A stretch of DNA of 14,099 bases from an uncultured bacterium (GTDB lineage Bacteria; Chloroflexota; UBA5177; JANWHV01), in assembly GCA_963827235.1 (NCBI GenBank), contig CAWHAE010000001.1, positions 1-14,099 on the forward strand, given 5' to 3'. Every line of letters starts with the position of its first letter. Positions within the stretch are counted from its first letter, which is position 1. The position numbers were made by a program, and so were the translations under genes. Under the pieces are notes generated by a model. It worked only from the letters and a program-made list of their open reading frames with translations, searched no databases and was not told the DNA's origin. Shown here in pieces: positions 1-8,800 of the stretch.

Positions 1-78
1 AGCGTTGCGTTTCTGCGAACGAAGCTTGCGCAGTCTCTCGACAGCCCGGCGCCACAGAGAAGCCAGGATGCAGGCTGA
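1..78 (+). CDS. 3' end of upstream gene (partial), possibly a sugar-phosphate isomerase/epimerase (TIM barrel)
   Basis: Frame 1 is open from the window edge (SVAFLRTKLAQSLDSPAPQRSQDAG*). Its TGA (76-78) overlaps the next ATG (78-80) as TGATG, typical translational coupling. The product guess rests only on the 'SVAFLRxKL' tail and the operon context. Confidence 0.5.
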   Translation, partial: SVAFLRTKLAQSLDSPAPQRSQDAG

Positions 79-902
79 TGCCATTCCTCGAGCGAGACGG
101 CATCACGTTCCATTACCGCGACGAGGGCGCCGGACTGCCGTTCGTTTTCCAGCACGGGCTTGGCGGCGACGTTAGCCAGCCGTTTGGACTGTTTCAGCCT
201 CCTGCCGGATGTCGCCTCTTGTCCATGGACTTCCGCGCTCACGGCGAGACCCGCCCGCTGGGAGACAGCGGGAAACTCAGTATCGCGTGCTTTGCCGACG
301 ACGTGATCGCGCTGATGGATACCCTGTCCCTTCCACGCGCGATCGTCGGCGGCGTGTCGTTAGGGGCCGCGGTCGCGCTGAGCCTGGCGCTCCGCTTCCC
401 CAATCGCGTCATCGCCCTCGTCCTCTCGCGCCCGGCGTGGCTCGACGGTCCCAATACGCACAACGTCGCGATCTACGGCGCCATTGCTGCCCTGATTCGC
501 GGCCACGGCGCGGAGCACGGGCTCGAGCTTTTCAGGCAATCGGACCTCTATGTGCAGACGCAGGCAATCTCCGCTGATGCCGGTGCGTCCTTGGTTGGGC
601 AATTCACACACCCTAGAGCAAGCGAGACGGTGTCCAAGCTTGAGCGATTGCCCGCGGACGCGCCGTGCAGTAGCCTTGCCGACCTGGCTGTCATCGACGT
701 CCCAACGCTCGTGCTCGCCAGCCGGCAGGATCCCGTTCATCCGTTCGAGTACGGAGAGGCACTTGCGCGCGCGATCCCGCTCGCGACCTTTCGCGAATTG
801 ACGCCGAAAGCGGTAAGCAGAGAACGCCACGTGGCGGAAGTTCAGAGATTCCTCGATGAGTTTGTCCGGCCGCTCATTCCCGTCGAGGAGGCCGTTTGGT
901 AA
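78..902 (+). CDS. alpha/beta fold hydrolase
   Basis: 274 aa. Shows 'FHYRDEGAGLPFVFQHGLGG' (oxyanion HG), 'DFRAHGET', the nucleophile elbow GVSLG (GxSxG) and 'PTLVLASRQDPVHP' (acid residue). Confidence 0.92.
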   Translation: MPFLERDGITFHYRDEGAGLPFVFQHGLGGDVSQPFGLFQPPAGCRLLSMDFRAHGETRPLGDSGKLSIACFADDVIALMDTLSLPRAIVGGVSLGAAVALSLALRFPNRVIALVLSRPAWLDGPNTHNVAIYGAIAALIRGHGAEHGLELFRQSDLYVQTQAISADAGASLVGQFTHPRASETVSKLERLPADAPCSSLADLAVIDVPTLVLASRQDPVHPFEYGEALARAIPLATFRELTPKAVSRERHVAEVQRFLDEFVRPLIPVEEAVW

Positions 903-948
903 TGGCTCATGTTCCTGTCGGACGCGCGTCCGAGCTGAGGAGTAATCG

Positions 949-1590
949 ATGCTGAAATGCGCTGCATCCCTTTGGTCCGCCGATCTCTCAAGGCTTGGCG
1001 ATGAAATCAGACGCGTAGAACCATATACTGACAGCTTCCACTTTGACGTTGCCGATGGTCACTACGTGAACAGTTTGCTCTTCTTTCCGGATCTCGTTCG
1101 CGCATTGCGGGCACATACAACGCTCCCGTTCGAGGTCCACATTATGGTCACAGATCCGCTGGCGTGGATCGCGCCCTTCGCGGAGGCGGGAGCGAATGCG
1201 CTGATATTTTGCTTCGACGCCACCGACGAGCCGGGGACCGTGATCAAGGTCATCAAGTCATTCGGACTGAGGGCGGGCGTGTCGCTCCTCGTGCAGGAGC
1301 CTGTTACGGTCCTTGAACCTTACTGGCCTGACCTGGACATCGTGGCCGTGTGCGGCACGGCGATGGGCATCAAGGGAGCGACGATGGACCCCAGAGTGCC
1401 GGGGAAGATAGGCGCGGCGAAGGAGATCGTGAGGAGCCGGCACCTGACGACCGAGATCGAAGCGGATGGCGGCATTCGCCGCGAGACGGTTCCGGTGCTC
1501 AAGGCGGCCGGCGCCGACTGGATCGTGCCGGGATCGCTCATGTTTCGTGAAAACCCCAAGGAAATCCGCGAGTGGCTGGCTTCGCTCTAG
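949..1590 (+). CDS. ribulose-phosphate 3-epimerase family protein (Rpe/AlsE-like, divergent)
   Basis: 213 aa. Motifs are ASLWSAD, HFDVADGHYV, EVHIMV, IEADGGI and VPGS, so the His/Asp/His/Asp metal ligands are present. RBS GAGGAG at 937-942. Confidence 0.9.
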   Translation: MLKCAASLWSADLSRLGDEIRRVEPYTDSFHFDVADGHYVNSLLFFPDLVRALRAHTTLPFEVHIMVTDPLAWIAPFAEAGANALIFCFDATDEPGTVIKVIKSFGLRAGVSLLVQEPVTVLEPYWPDLDIVAVCGTAMGIKGATMDPRVPGKIGAAKEIVRSRHLTTEIEADGGIRRETVPVLKAAGADWIVPGSLMFRENPKEIREWLASL

Positions 1591-1628
1591 TCGGTCAGCA
1601 TCGGGGCATTGGTGAAGGAGCATTCACT

Positions 1629-2978
1629 ATGAACGCGACAGCAACAGCCGGCGAGATCGAGCAGGCCCTCGCCACGATGCCACTGCTCGACGCCCACACG
1701 CATCTCACCTGCGGCAGCCTGGGCGCACAGGGTCTCCACGACGTGCTGCTGTACCACATGGTGATTAGCGATCTCTACGCGGCCGGGTGCCCGAGCGGGG
1801 CCCGCCTCACTGCTTTCCCCTCGTGGCCGAGCGATGCGGAAGCGCGCGCTCGCATTGAGGAGGCGATTCCCTTCCTTCCGCACATTCAGAACACGAGCTC
1901 GGCATGGTGCCTGCGCGTGATCCTTGCCGACCTCTACGATTGGCATCAGCCGATCACCGCCGACAACTGGCGCCGTCTCGACGACATCATTCGGGAGAGA
2001 TCTCGCGATCGCCAGTGGTCGTACAGTATTCTGGACCGGGCCGGTATCACGCGATCGGTGACTGAAGTCGTGCGGCGCGGAGACGGCGTGGACGATGCCC
2101 GTTTCCAGTACGCGCTGGAATGGGGGTTCTTCACGCGCTGCCAGTGGGGCGAACATGATACCGCGCTGTACGAGCTTGAGCGCTGCTGGGGCCGCCAGCC
2201 TGAGGCGTCGACACCGATAGGATCGGGCGCGCGCCCTCCTACCGATCGACGGATACGCACGCTTGACGACGTACATGCTGCTGTCAGTCACTACGTGGCC
2301 AACATTCCCAGCGATCGGATCGTCGCCACGGCCACTCACCTGTCGACGAATATTGACTATTCCGTGCCCGGTGACGCGGACCTGGCAGCAGCGCTGGCGC
2401 GCCGCGAGAAAGCCGGTCCGAGAGAGCGCGACGTCTACGCATCATATATCAACGAAGCGTTCCTGACGGCGTTTGAGCCGCTTGCAGACAGCCTTGTCTT
2501 CCAGTTCTCGCTGGGCGCGGAGCCCATGCCGTACGAAACGGCGAGTCTCCTGCCACAACGAACGATCACGCAGCTGGCGGAGATCGTCGGCCGGCACCCG
2601 CGTATCCGGTTCCAGTGCTTCCTGGCCAGCCAACACGGCAATCAGTCGCTCTGCACGCTTGCGCGTGAACTACCCAACCTGAGCCTGGCCGGCTACTGGT
2701 GGCACAACTTCTTCCCTTCCGTGATCCGCGCGGTAATCGCCGAGCGCCTGGACATGCTGCCGTGGAGCAAACAGATAGGGTTCTTCTCAGACGCCTACGT
2801 GGTCGAGTGGGCCTACGCAAAGGCTGTGATGGTGCGCAAGCAGCTCGCCCACGTGCTTGCCGAGCAGGTCGCGCAGGGACAGCACAGCGTGGAGAGCGCA
2901 CTCGAGGTCGCTCGTGCGGTGCTTTACGAAAGCCCCCGGTTGCTGCTCGGCCTGGCACCCGGGGCGCCACAGAGGTAG
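1629..2978 (+). CDS. amidohydrolase-superfamily protein, uronate isomerase (UxaC)-like
   Basis: ATG 1629 follows RBS GAAGGAG (1614-1620); 449 aa. Shows the HxH metal motif 'LLDAHTH', 'LLYH', 'GYWWHN' (cf. UxaC WWF), 'GFFSDAY' (cf. TDSR) and a C-terminal 'QLAHVLAEQVAQG...LYESPRLL' resembling the UxaC tail. Confidence 0.72.
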   Translation: MNATATAGEIEQALATMPLLDAHTHLTCGSLGAQGLHDVLLYHMVISDLYAAGCPSGARLTAFPSWPSDAEARARIEEAIPFLPHIQNTSSAWCLRVILADLYDWHQPITADNWRRLDDIIRERSRDRQWSYSILDRAGITRSVTEVVRRGDGVDDARFQYALEWGFFTRCQWGEHDTALYELERCWGRQPEASTPIGSGARPPTDRRIRTLDDVHAAVSHYVANIPSDRIVATATHLSTNIDYSVPGDADLAAALARREKAGPRERDVYASYINEAFLTAFEPLADSLVFQFSLGAEPMPYETASLLPQRTITQLAEIVGRHPRIRFQCFLASQHGNQSLCTLARELPNLSLAGYWWHNFFPSVIRAVIAERLDMLPWSKQIGFFSDAYVVEWAYAKAVMVRKQLAHVLAEQVAQGQHSVESALEVARAVLYESPRLLLGLAPGAPQR

Positions 2979-3011
2979 GATGACCCGCCGTGCTTGCGAA
3001 GGGAGATCGCC

Positions 3012-4235
3012 ATGAATTCACGCGATCGCGTGCTCACCGCCCTGCGCCATCAAGAATCCGACAAGGTGCCAATCGACTTCTCGGGACACCGCTCGTCGGG
3101 GATTTCCGCAATCGCCTATCGCAGACTCCGCGACCACCTGGGCATGCCCAACAAGCCGGTTCGCGTCTACGACATCGTGCAGCAACTGGCAGTCGTCGAC
3201 GACGACGTCCTCGATCGGTTCGGCATCGACACGATCGAGCTGGGACGGGGATTCTCTCTGCGCGACGAAGACTGGGCGAATTGGACATTGCCAGACGGCA
3301 CGCCCTGCCAGGTTCCAGTTTGGTGCCTGCCGGAGCGTGAGCAGCAGAGGTGGGTATTGCGCTCCAGGACGGGTAGAGTCTCTGCCCAGATGCCGGATGG
3401 GGCGCTGTACTTTGAGACCGCCTACTACCCGTTCGCGGTGGATGAGCCCCGGCATGAGGCGCTGCGCGAGGTGATGGCGGAATGCATGTGGTCGACCGCG
3501 AGCCCTCCCGGGCCGCTCGTCGAAGGGCCAGACGGCGACGCGCTGTTCACCGCGGGCGCACAGCGCCTGCAGGCGCTGACCGATCGCGCGATTGTGGGTT
3601 TGTTCGGGGGCAACCTGCTGGAGTGGGGACAAATCCTCTACCGGAACGACAATTTCCTGATGTTGCTCGCCGGCGAGCCCGATCGCGCTCACGATCTGCT
3701 CGATCGCTTGATGGAGCTGCATCTGGTCGATCTCGAGAAGTACCTGGGCCTGGTAGGTCCCTCCATCGACGTGATCGGCTTCGGCGACGACCTGGGTATG
3801 CAGACGGGGCCACAGATCTCGCCGAAAATGTATCGCGAGTTCTTCAAGCCCCGTCACAGCAGATTGTGGAGACGCGCAAAGGAACTGGCTGACGTGAAGG
3901 TCATGCTGCACTGCTGCGGCGGCGTGCGCCCACTGCTGCCCGATCTCATCGATGCCGGGCTGGATGCGATCAACCCGGTGCAGATCAGCTGCGCAGGCAT
4001 GGATGCGGCCGGTCTCAAGCGCGACTTCGGCAAGGACATCACGTTCTGGGGTGGCGGCTGCGATACGCAGTGGCTGTTGTCGCACGGCACGCCCGTGGAG
4101 ATTCGCGAGCATGTCAAGCGGCAGGTTGAGATCATGCGTCCTGGGGGCGGATTCGTGTTCCAGCAGGTGCACAACGTCCTCGCGGACGTGCCGCCGGAGA
4201 ACGTCGTGGCGATGCTCGATGCTGTAAATACCTGA
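3012..4235 (+). CDS. uroporphyrinogen decarboxylase (URO-D)/MtaA-CmuA methyltransferase family protein
   Basis: ATG 3012 follows RBS GAAGGGAG; 407 aa. Motifs are 'MNSRDRVLTALRHQESDKVPID', 'GDDLGMQTGPQISPKMYREFFKP', 'HCCG' (Zn-type HxC), 'FWGGGCDTQ' and 'GGGFVFQQVHNVLADVPPENVVAM'. Confidence 0.88.
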   Translation: MNSRDRVLTALRHQESDKVPIDFSGHRSSGISAIAYRRLRDHLGMPNKPVRVYDIVQQLAVVDDDVLDRFGIDTIELGRGFSLRDEDWANWTLPDGTPCQVPVWCLPEREQQRWVLRSRTGRVSAQMPDGALYFETAYYPFAVDEPRHEALREVMAECMWSTASPPGPLVEGPDGDALFTAGAQRLQALTDRAIVGLFGGNLLEWGQILYRNDNFLMLLAGEPDRAHDLLDRLMELHLVDLEKYLGLVGPSIDVIGFGDDLGMQTGPQISPKMYREFFKPRHSRLWRRAKELADVKVMLHCCGGVRPLLPDLIDAGLDAINPVQISCAGMDAAGLKRDFGKDITFWGGGCDTQWLLSHGTPVEIREHVKRQVEIMRPGGGFVFQQVHNVLADVPPENVVAMLDAVNT

Positions 4236-4297
4236 GCTCGCTATCGGTGGTGAGCACTAACTATAGATACCGCACCGAACATCAACTGAAGGCACGG

Positions 4298-5596
4298 TCA
4301 GGCAGCCGTCAGCGCCATGCTCGCGTCAGTGCCCTGATTGCCACGAGCTTCGAGGACATGCTTACCAGAGGCGGGCCGAATGTTGTGGGCGCTGGCCGGG
4401 ACCTGCTGGTGGTCGTACCACTCCACGCTCCAGGTGCCGTCTGGGAGCGCGGTGACGTAGCCGTGATAGCGGCCGTCCCAGTACAGGGAGACCGTCTCGT
4501 TGGGCTTGAAACCGGTGCCGGTCAAGGCGACTTCTTCGCCGTTGGCCAGGAGTACCGCGCGCGGCTGCGGCGCGCCGTCGCGCAGCACGGTCGCAGTGAT
4601 GGTGATGGTGGGCTGCTCCGCTCGTGCCGGATGCGTCGCGGGGGCAGCAGTGACGCGGAGGGCGTCGGCCGTGATGATGGCAGAGGTATTGGCCTCCAGG
4701 TAGGGCCAGGAGATCTCGGCGTAGCCGTCGAGACCCCAGCTTGTGCCCCAGGAGTTCTCGACCCAGGCGCCGGCGTTGTCGTACCCCAGCACGACGAGCT
4801 CGTGGCCGCCCAATGAGCCGGATAGATCCGCCGGCACCGGAGCGACCCAGGCGCTTGTGGCGGTGGCGTCGTAGAGGTTGGGATAGACGGCGATGCCGAT
4901 CAGCGCCGGGTGGCCGGCGGCGAGCGCGGTCTCGATGGATGTGCGCACCCGGTTAGGGTTGGTGTCCCAGTCGCGCGGGTTGCCGATGCGAGCCGCCTGC
5001 CCGGGGTAGTACGTGACGCCGGCGAGGGTGAAATGCCCGGCCAGGACGCGCTGGGCAGGCGTGGGCCGGCTGCGCCAGGCGTAGTCGCCCTGGGGATAGT
5101 CGGCCAGCGGTAGCATGCCGTGCTGCGCGGCCGCGAGCACTTGTGACTCCCAGCTGCCTTTATCCTGATGGCCGTCGATCTGGCTGTAGGTGTAGAGCGG
5201 CGCGAAGTAGCCGGTGGCGGCATGCTGCTCGTTGACGTACCAGCCGGCGAGCGTGTAGATGGCGGCCCAGGCCACGCAGTCGCTCACCCAGCCCTGGTCG
5301 CCCACGGGCGGCGCGTAGCGGCTGAGATCGACGCTGGCCGGGAACCTCGTCGTCTCACCGAGCAGGGTGAGGGGTGGCAGCGGTCCATAGTCCACGCGGC
5401 GGGTGCCGGGCAAGAGGTGCAGACCCCGATGTAGCGTGGTTGGCGCGGACCAGGCGGGCAGCGCGGCTCGTGCCGCGAAGCTGCCCGTGCGCAGCAAGGC
5501 GATGCCTTGGGGGAGCAAAGCGAAAAGTCCTGCTCCTACCAGCAGGAGGGAGAGTGCTCGGAACAGGCTGCGGTGCGCGGTGCGATGTGCGTTCAT
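4298..5596 (-). CDS. secreted papain-like cysteine protease (peptidase C1A) with C-terminal Ig-like domain
   Basis: Start MNAHRTAHRSLFRALSLLLVGAGLFALL is signal/TM-like; 432 aa. Catalytic motifs are 'PASVDLSRYAPPVGDQGWVSDCVAWA' (Gln, Cys at 5276-5278), 'GGHELVVLGYD' (His 4802-4804) and 'VENSWGTSWGLDGY' (Asn 4754-4756). A Pro/Thr/Ala linker leads to a beta-rich 'VALTGTGFKPNETVSLYWDG' domain. The start is chosen from the signal peptide; the RBS is weak. Confidence 0.9.
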   Translation of the reverse strand: MNAHRTAHRSLFRALSLLLVGAGLFALLPQGIALLRTGSFAARAALPAWSAPTTLHRGLHLLPGTRRVDYGPLPPLTLLGETTRFPASVDLSRYAPPVGDQGWVSDCVAWAAIYTLAGWYVNEQHAATGYFAPLYTYSQIDGHQDKGSWESQVLAAAQHGMLPLADYPQGDYAWRSRPTPAQRVLAGHFTLAGVTYYPGQAARIGNPRDWDTNPNRVRTSIETALAAGHPALIGIAVYPNLYDATATSAWVAPVPADLSGSLGGHELVVLGYDNAGAWVENSWGTSWGLDGYAEISWPYLEANTSAIITADALRVTAAPATHPARAEQPTITITATVLRDGAPQPRAVLLANGEEVALTGTGFKPNETVSLYWDGRYHGYVTALPDGTWSVEWYDHQQVPASAHNIRPASGKHVLEARGNQGTDASMALTAA

Positions 5597-5717
5597 CGAA
5601 GATTCGCCAGACGGCTGTGTGCGGCGGGTCAGCGCGTGTCTGGCAGGCCTCCTCTCTTGGTCCAGCGGACTGTGATCTGCGAACGCCTCTAGCTTGGTCG
5701 CCGCTGCTGTGGCGGGC

Positions 5718-5774
5718 CACGCACAAGACGCGCAAGTAGCCGCACAACTGGCCGTACAAGAAGCCGTACAGCGG
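5718..5774. repeat. tandem direct repeats, 12-bp period, consensus GCCGYACAA, in the divergent intergenic region (candidate operator)
   Basis: Units are GACGCGCAAGTA (5727-5738), GCCGCACAACTG (5739-5750), GCCGTACAAGAA (5751-5762) and GCCGTACAGCGG (5763-5774), plus a partial CACGCACAA (5718-5726). Confidence 0.7.
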
Positions 5775-5898
5775 GCTGATCGCGCTGGCGGAGCCCCAGC
5801 AAGTCTGGTAGACTGGCATGGGTCACCTCGCGCACGGACCAGCTGGTCCGAGGCGACGTGCTGGGGCGTGCCCGGGGGAAGGGGCTCGGGTGCCTGCC

Positions 5899-8800
5899 AT
5901 GGTCCAAGCGCCGTCGTTTGGGGAACTGCTGCGACGTGCCCGCGTGGCGGCCGGTCTGACCCAGGAGGCATTGGCCGAGCGTGCCGGGCTGAGCGCCACG
6001 GCGATCAGCGCCCTGGAGCGCGGGGTCCGGCAGACGCCGCAGGGTGAGACCTTACGCCTGCTGACGGACGCGCTCGCCCTGCCCGATGAGGAACGAGCGC
6101 GGTTGGCGGCGGCAGCCCGGCGGCTCGACGCGCGCAGCGGAGCGGTCGCGGCAACGGGATCCCCGGCCTCCCCCGTGCCGGGCGGGCTGCTGCCCAGGGG
6201 CGGCGACGCGGATACCTCTCCGTCCGAGGCGGAGGCACCCGACGTCTACCTCGTGCATGCGCGGGCCGATGGCGCGCTGGTCGCCCGCCTCGGCGCCGAT
6301 CTGCTCGCCTGGGGCATCCGGCCGTGGCGCGCCACGCAGGAGCTCCAGCCCGGTACCCCAGGGTGGGAGCTAGACGCACGTGATGCCATTCGCGCCGCCA
6401 GGGCAGTTCTCTATCTCGGCTCGCCCGAGGCGCGATCCTCGCGCTACGTGGCGGATGAGCTGCGCGTTGCCGAGCTCTACCGACGCCCGATATACCCGCT
6501 GTGGCTGGCAGGCGAGGCGTGGCTGGAGTGTGTGCCCCTGGGCTGGGGCGGCATGCAGTACCTGGACGCGCGCGGCGACGGCTATGCCGCGGCGCTCGAC
6601 GAGATTGTCACGCTGCTGCGCGGCGGCCTTCCGGCCGAGGCAAGCCGTGGGGCGCCGCCGGAGGGCGCGGCGCCAGGCGAACCGCGCAACCCCTACAAGG
6701 GGCTGCGCGCCTTCCGCGCCGCGGATGCCGGCGATTTCTTCGGCCGCGAGACAGCGGTTGCCGGCTTGCTGGCGGTGCTGGCCGGCGAGAAGGAACAGGC
6801 GCCGCGCTGTCTGGCCGTCGTGGGGCCGAGCGGGTCGGGCAAGTCCAGCCTGGTGCTGGCCGGTCTGCTGCCCCGATTGCAGCGCGGCGCAGTGCCCGGC
6901 AGCGCGGCGTGGGTCTACCTGCCACCGCTCGTGCCGGGCGCACACCCGCTCGAAGCGCTGAGCGTGGCGCTTGCCGCGGCCCTGCCCGCCTCGCCCGTGC
7001 AGGCCATTCGCGCCGATCTGGAGATCTCGGCGCGCGGGCTCCATCTGCTCGGCTTGCGGCTGGCACCTGTGGCCGGCAGTCGCGTGGTGCTCGTTGTGGA
7101 TCAGTTCGAGGAGCTGTTCACGCTGACGACCGACGAAGCGGAGCGGCAGCAGTTCGTCGACCTCCTGGTGACGGCGGCGACCGAGCCCAGAGGACCGGTG
7201 CTCGTCATCCTTACCCTGCGCGCGGACTTCTACGACCGGCCGCTGGCCTATCCCGAATTGGCGGCGTTGCTCGACGGGCACACCAAGACGGTGCTGCCCA
7301 TGACGCCGGCCGACCTCCGCGCTGCCATTGAGGGCCCGGCTGCCCTGCCCGGCGTGCAGCTCACGTTTGACGCGGACCTGGTGGGCGACCTGCTGTTCGA
7401 GGTGCGCGGCCAGGCCGGCGCGCTGCCGCTGCTGCAGTTCACCCTGGAGCAGCTCGTGCTGCGCCGAGAAGGACGCCGCTTGACGGGCGCTGCCTACCGG
7501 GCGCTGGGTGGCGTGCGGGGGACCCTGGCCCGGCATGCCGAGGCGGTCTACGCGGCGTTGCTGAGCGAGGAGCAGCGGCACCTGTGCCGCGCCCTGTTCC
7601 TGCGACTGGTCACGCCCGGCGCCGGCGAACAGGAGACGATGCGGCGGCGGGCCGCGCTGCACGAGCTGGTGCTGGAGGATCCCGCGCGGACCCGCCTGCT
7701 GCATGAGACCGCGGAGGCCTTTGTCGCCGCCCGTCTGCTCAGCGCGAGCGAGGGTGAGGGCGGCGCCACGATTGAGGTCAGCCACGAGGCGCTGCTCCGC
7801 GAATGGGAGCGGCTCGGATCCTGGCTGCAGCAAGCGCGGGAGGACATCAGGCTGCAGCAGGCCGTCGGCGCCGACGCGGCGGAGTGGGAGCGCCAGGGCC
7901 GGGGTGCCGACTACCTCTACCGCGGCGCGCTGCTGCTGGAGGCGCGCGACTGGGCTGCGCGCAATTTGCCCAGCGCGAGCGAGGCAGCGTTCGTGGCAGC
8001 CGGCATGGCGACGGAGGCGCAGCGGGCAGCAGCAGAACGGGAGCGCCAGGCGCACGAGCTGGCGCTCGAACGGCGCGCAGCCTCCCGGTTGCGCGTGCTG
8101 GCAGCAACACTGTTGGTCTTCCTCGCGGTAGCAGCCGGGCTGGCGACCGTGGCGATCAACTCAGCCAGCACGGCGCGGACGAGCGAGCGTCAGGAAGCCG
8201 CCGCCAAAGCCACCGCGCTTGCCCGGCGAGATCTGGCGCTGTCGACGACGCTGGCGCTGCAGGCCGTGAGTCACCTGGACAACCAGACCACGCTCGCGCT
8301 GCTGTTGAGCGTGGAAGCCAATCGCCTGGCGAGCACGGTAGAGGCCCGGGGCGCGCTGTTGCAGAGCTTCCAGCACCAGCACAACAGGTTGGCCGCTGTG
8401 TTGCAGGGCGATCCAGTCGGCGCGATGAGCGTCGCTTTCAGCCCCGACGGCAGGCGCCTGAGCGCGGTCGGCTTCGGAGGCGCCGTGAGGCAGTGGGACG
8501 TGGCAAGCCTGCGGCAGCAGAGCCCCTCGGTCACGGCCCGCGGCGTTACGAGTACGCTCGCCGCCGTGACCATCAGCGCCGGCGGCAATCTGATGGCGTA
8601 CAGTGCCGGCGGGGCGCCGGTCGTCTGGGACCTGCTGCACCGGTACGGCGTCGGCGACCTCAGCACCGGCAATCCCGCCGATGCCGTGACGGCGCTCGCC
8701 TTCAACGCCGACGGTACCATCCTCGTCGCGGCCTACACGCCGAATGCGATCAGGCTGTGGGATGTGGCGCATCGCCGCCTGATCGGCACGTTCATTGCGA

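Noticed and set aside
3018-4172. 384-aa antisense ORF
   Set aside because: Shadow of the UroD-family gene caused by high-GC codon bias; no motifs.
3012-4235. Calling this gene hemE
   Set aside because: It lacks the HemE 'W.MRQAGR' motif, has the HCCG Zn-type motif and sits in a sugar operon.
4236-4297. Possible terminator between the convergent UroD-like and protease genes
   Set aside because: Only a weak, G-U-rich hairpin (GCTCGCTATC/GGTGGTGAGC) with no U-tract, so it is not supportable.
5597-5971. 125-aa N-terminal extension of the protease ORF, including Cys-rich 'CTASCTASCAATCASC' (RiPP- or metallothionein-like)
   Set aside because: It overlaps the XRE gene on the opposite strand and would bury the signal peptide. 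The Cys pattern is simply the translation of the 12-bp DNA repeats, and no modification enzymes are nearby.
5694-6047. + strand 117-aa ORF 'AQDAQVAAQLAVQEAVQRA'
   Set aside because: It has a TTG start without an RBS, its periodicity comes from the same repeats, and it overlaps the NLR start out of frame.
6370-8055. 561-aa antisense ORF and other long Arg/Pro/Gly-rich alternative frames across the NLR gene
   Set aside because: Shadow ORFs in very GC-rich coding DNA; low complexity and no domains.
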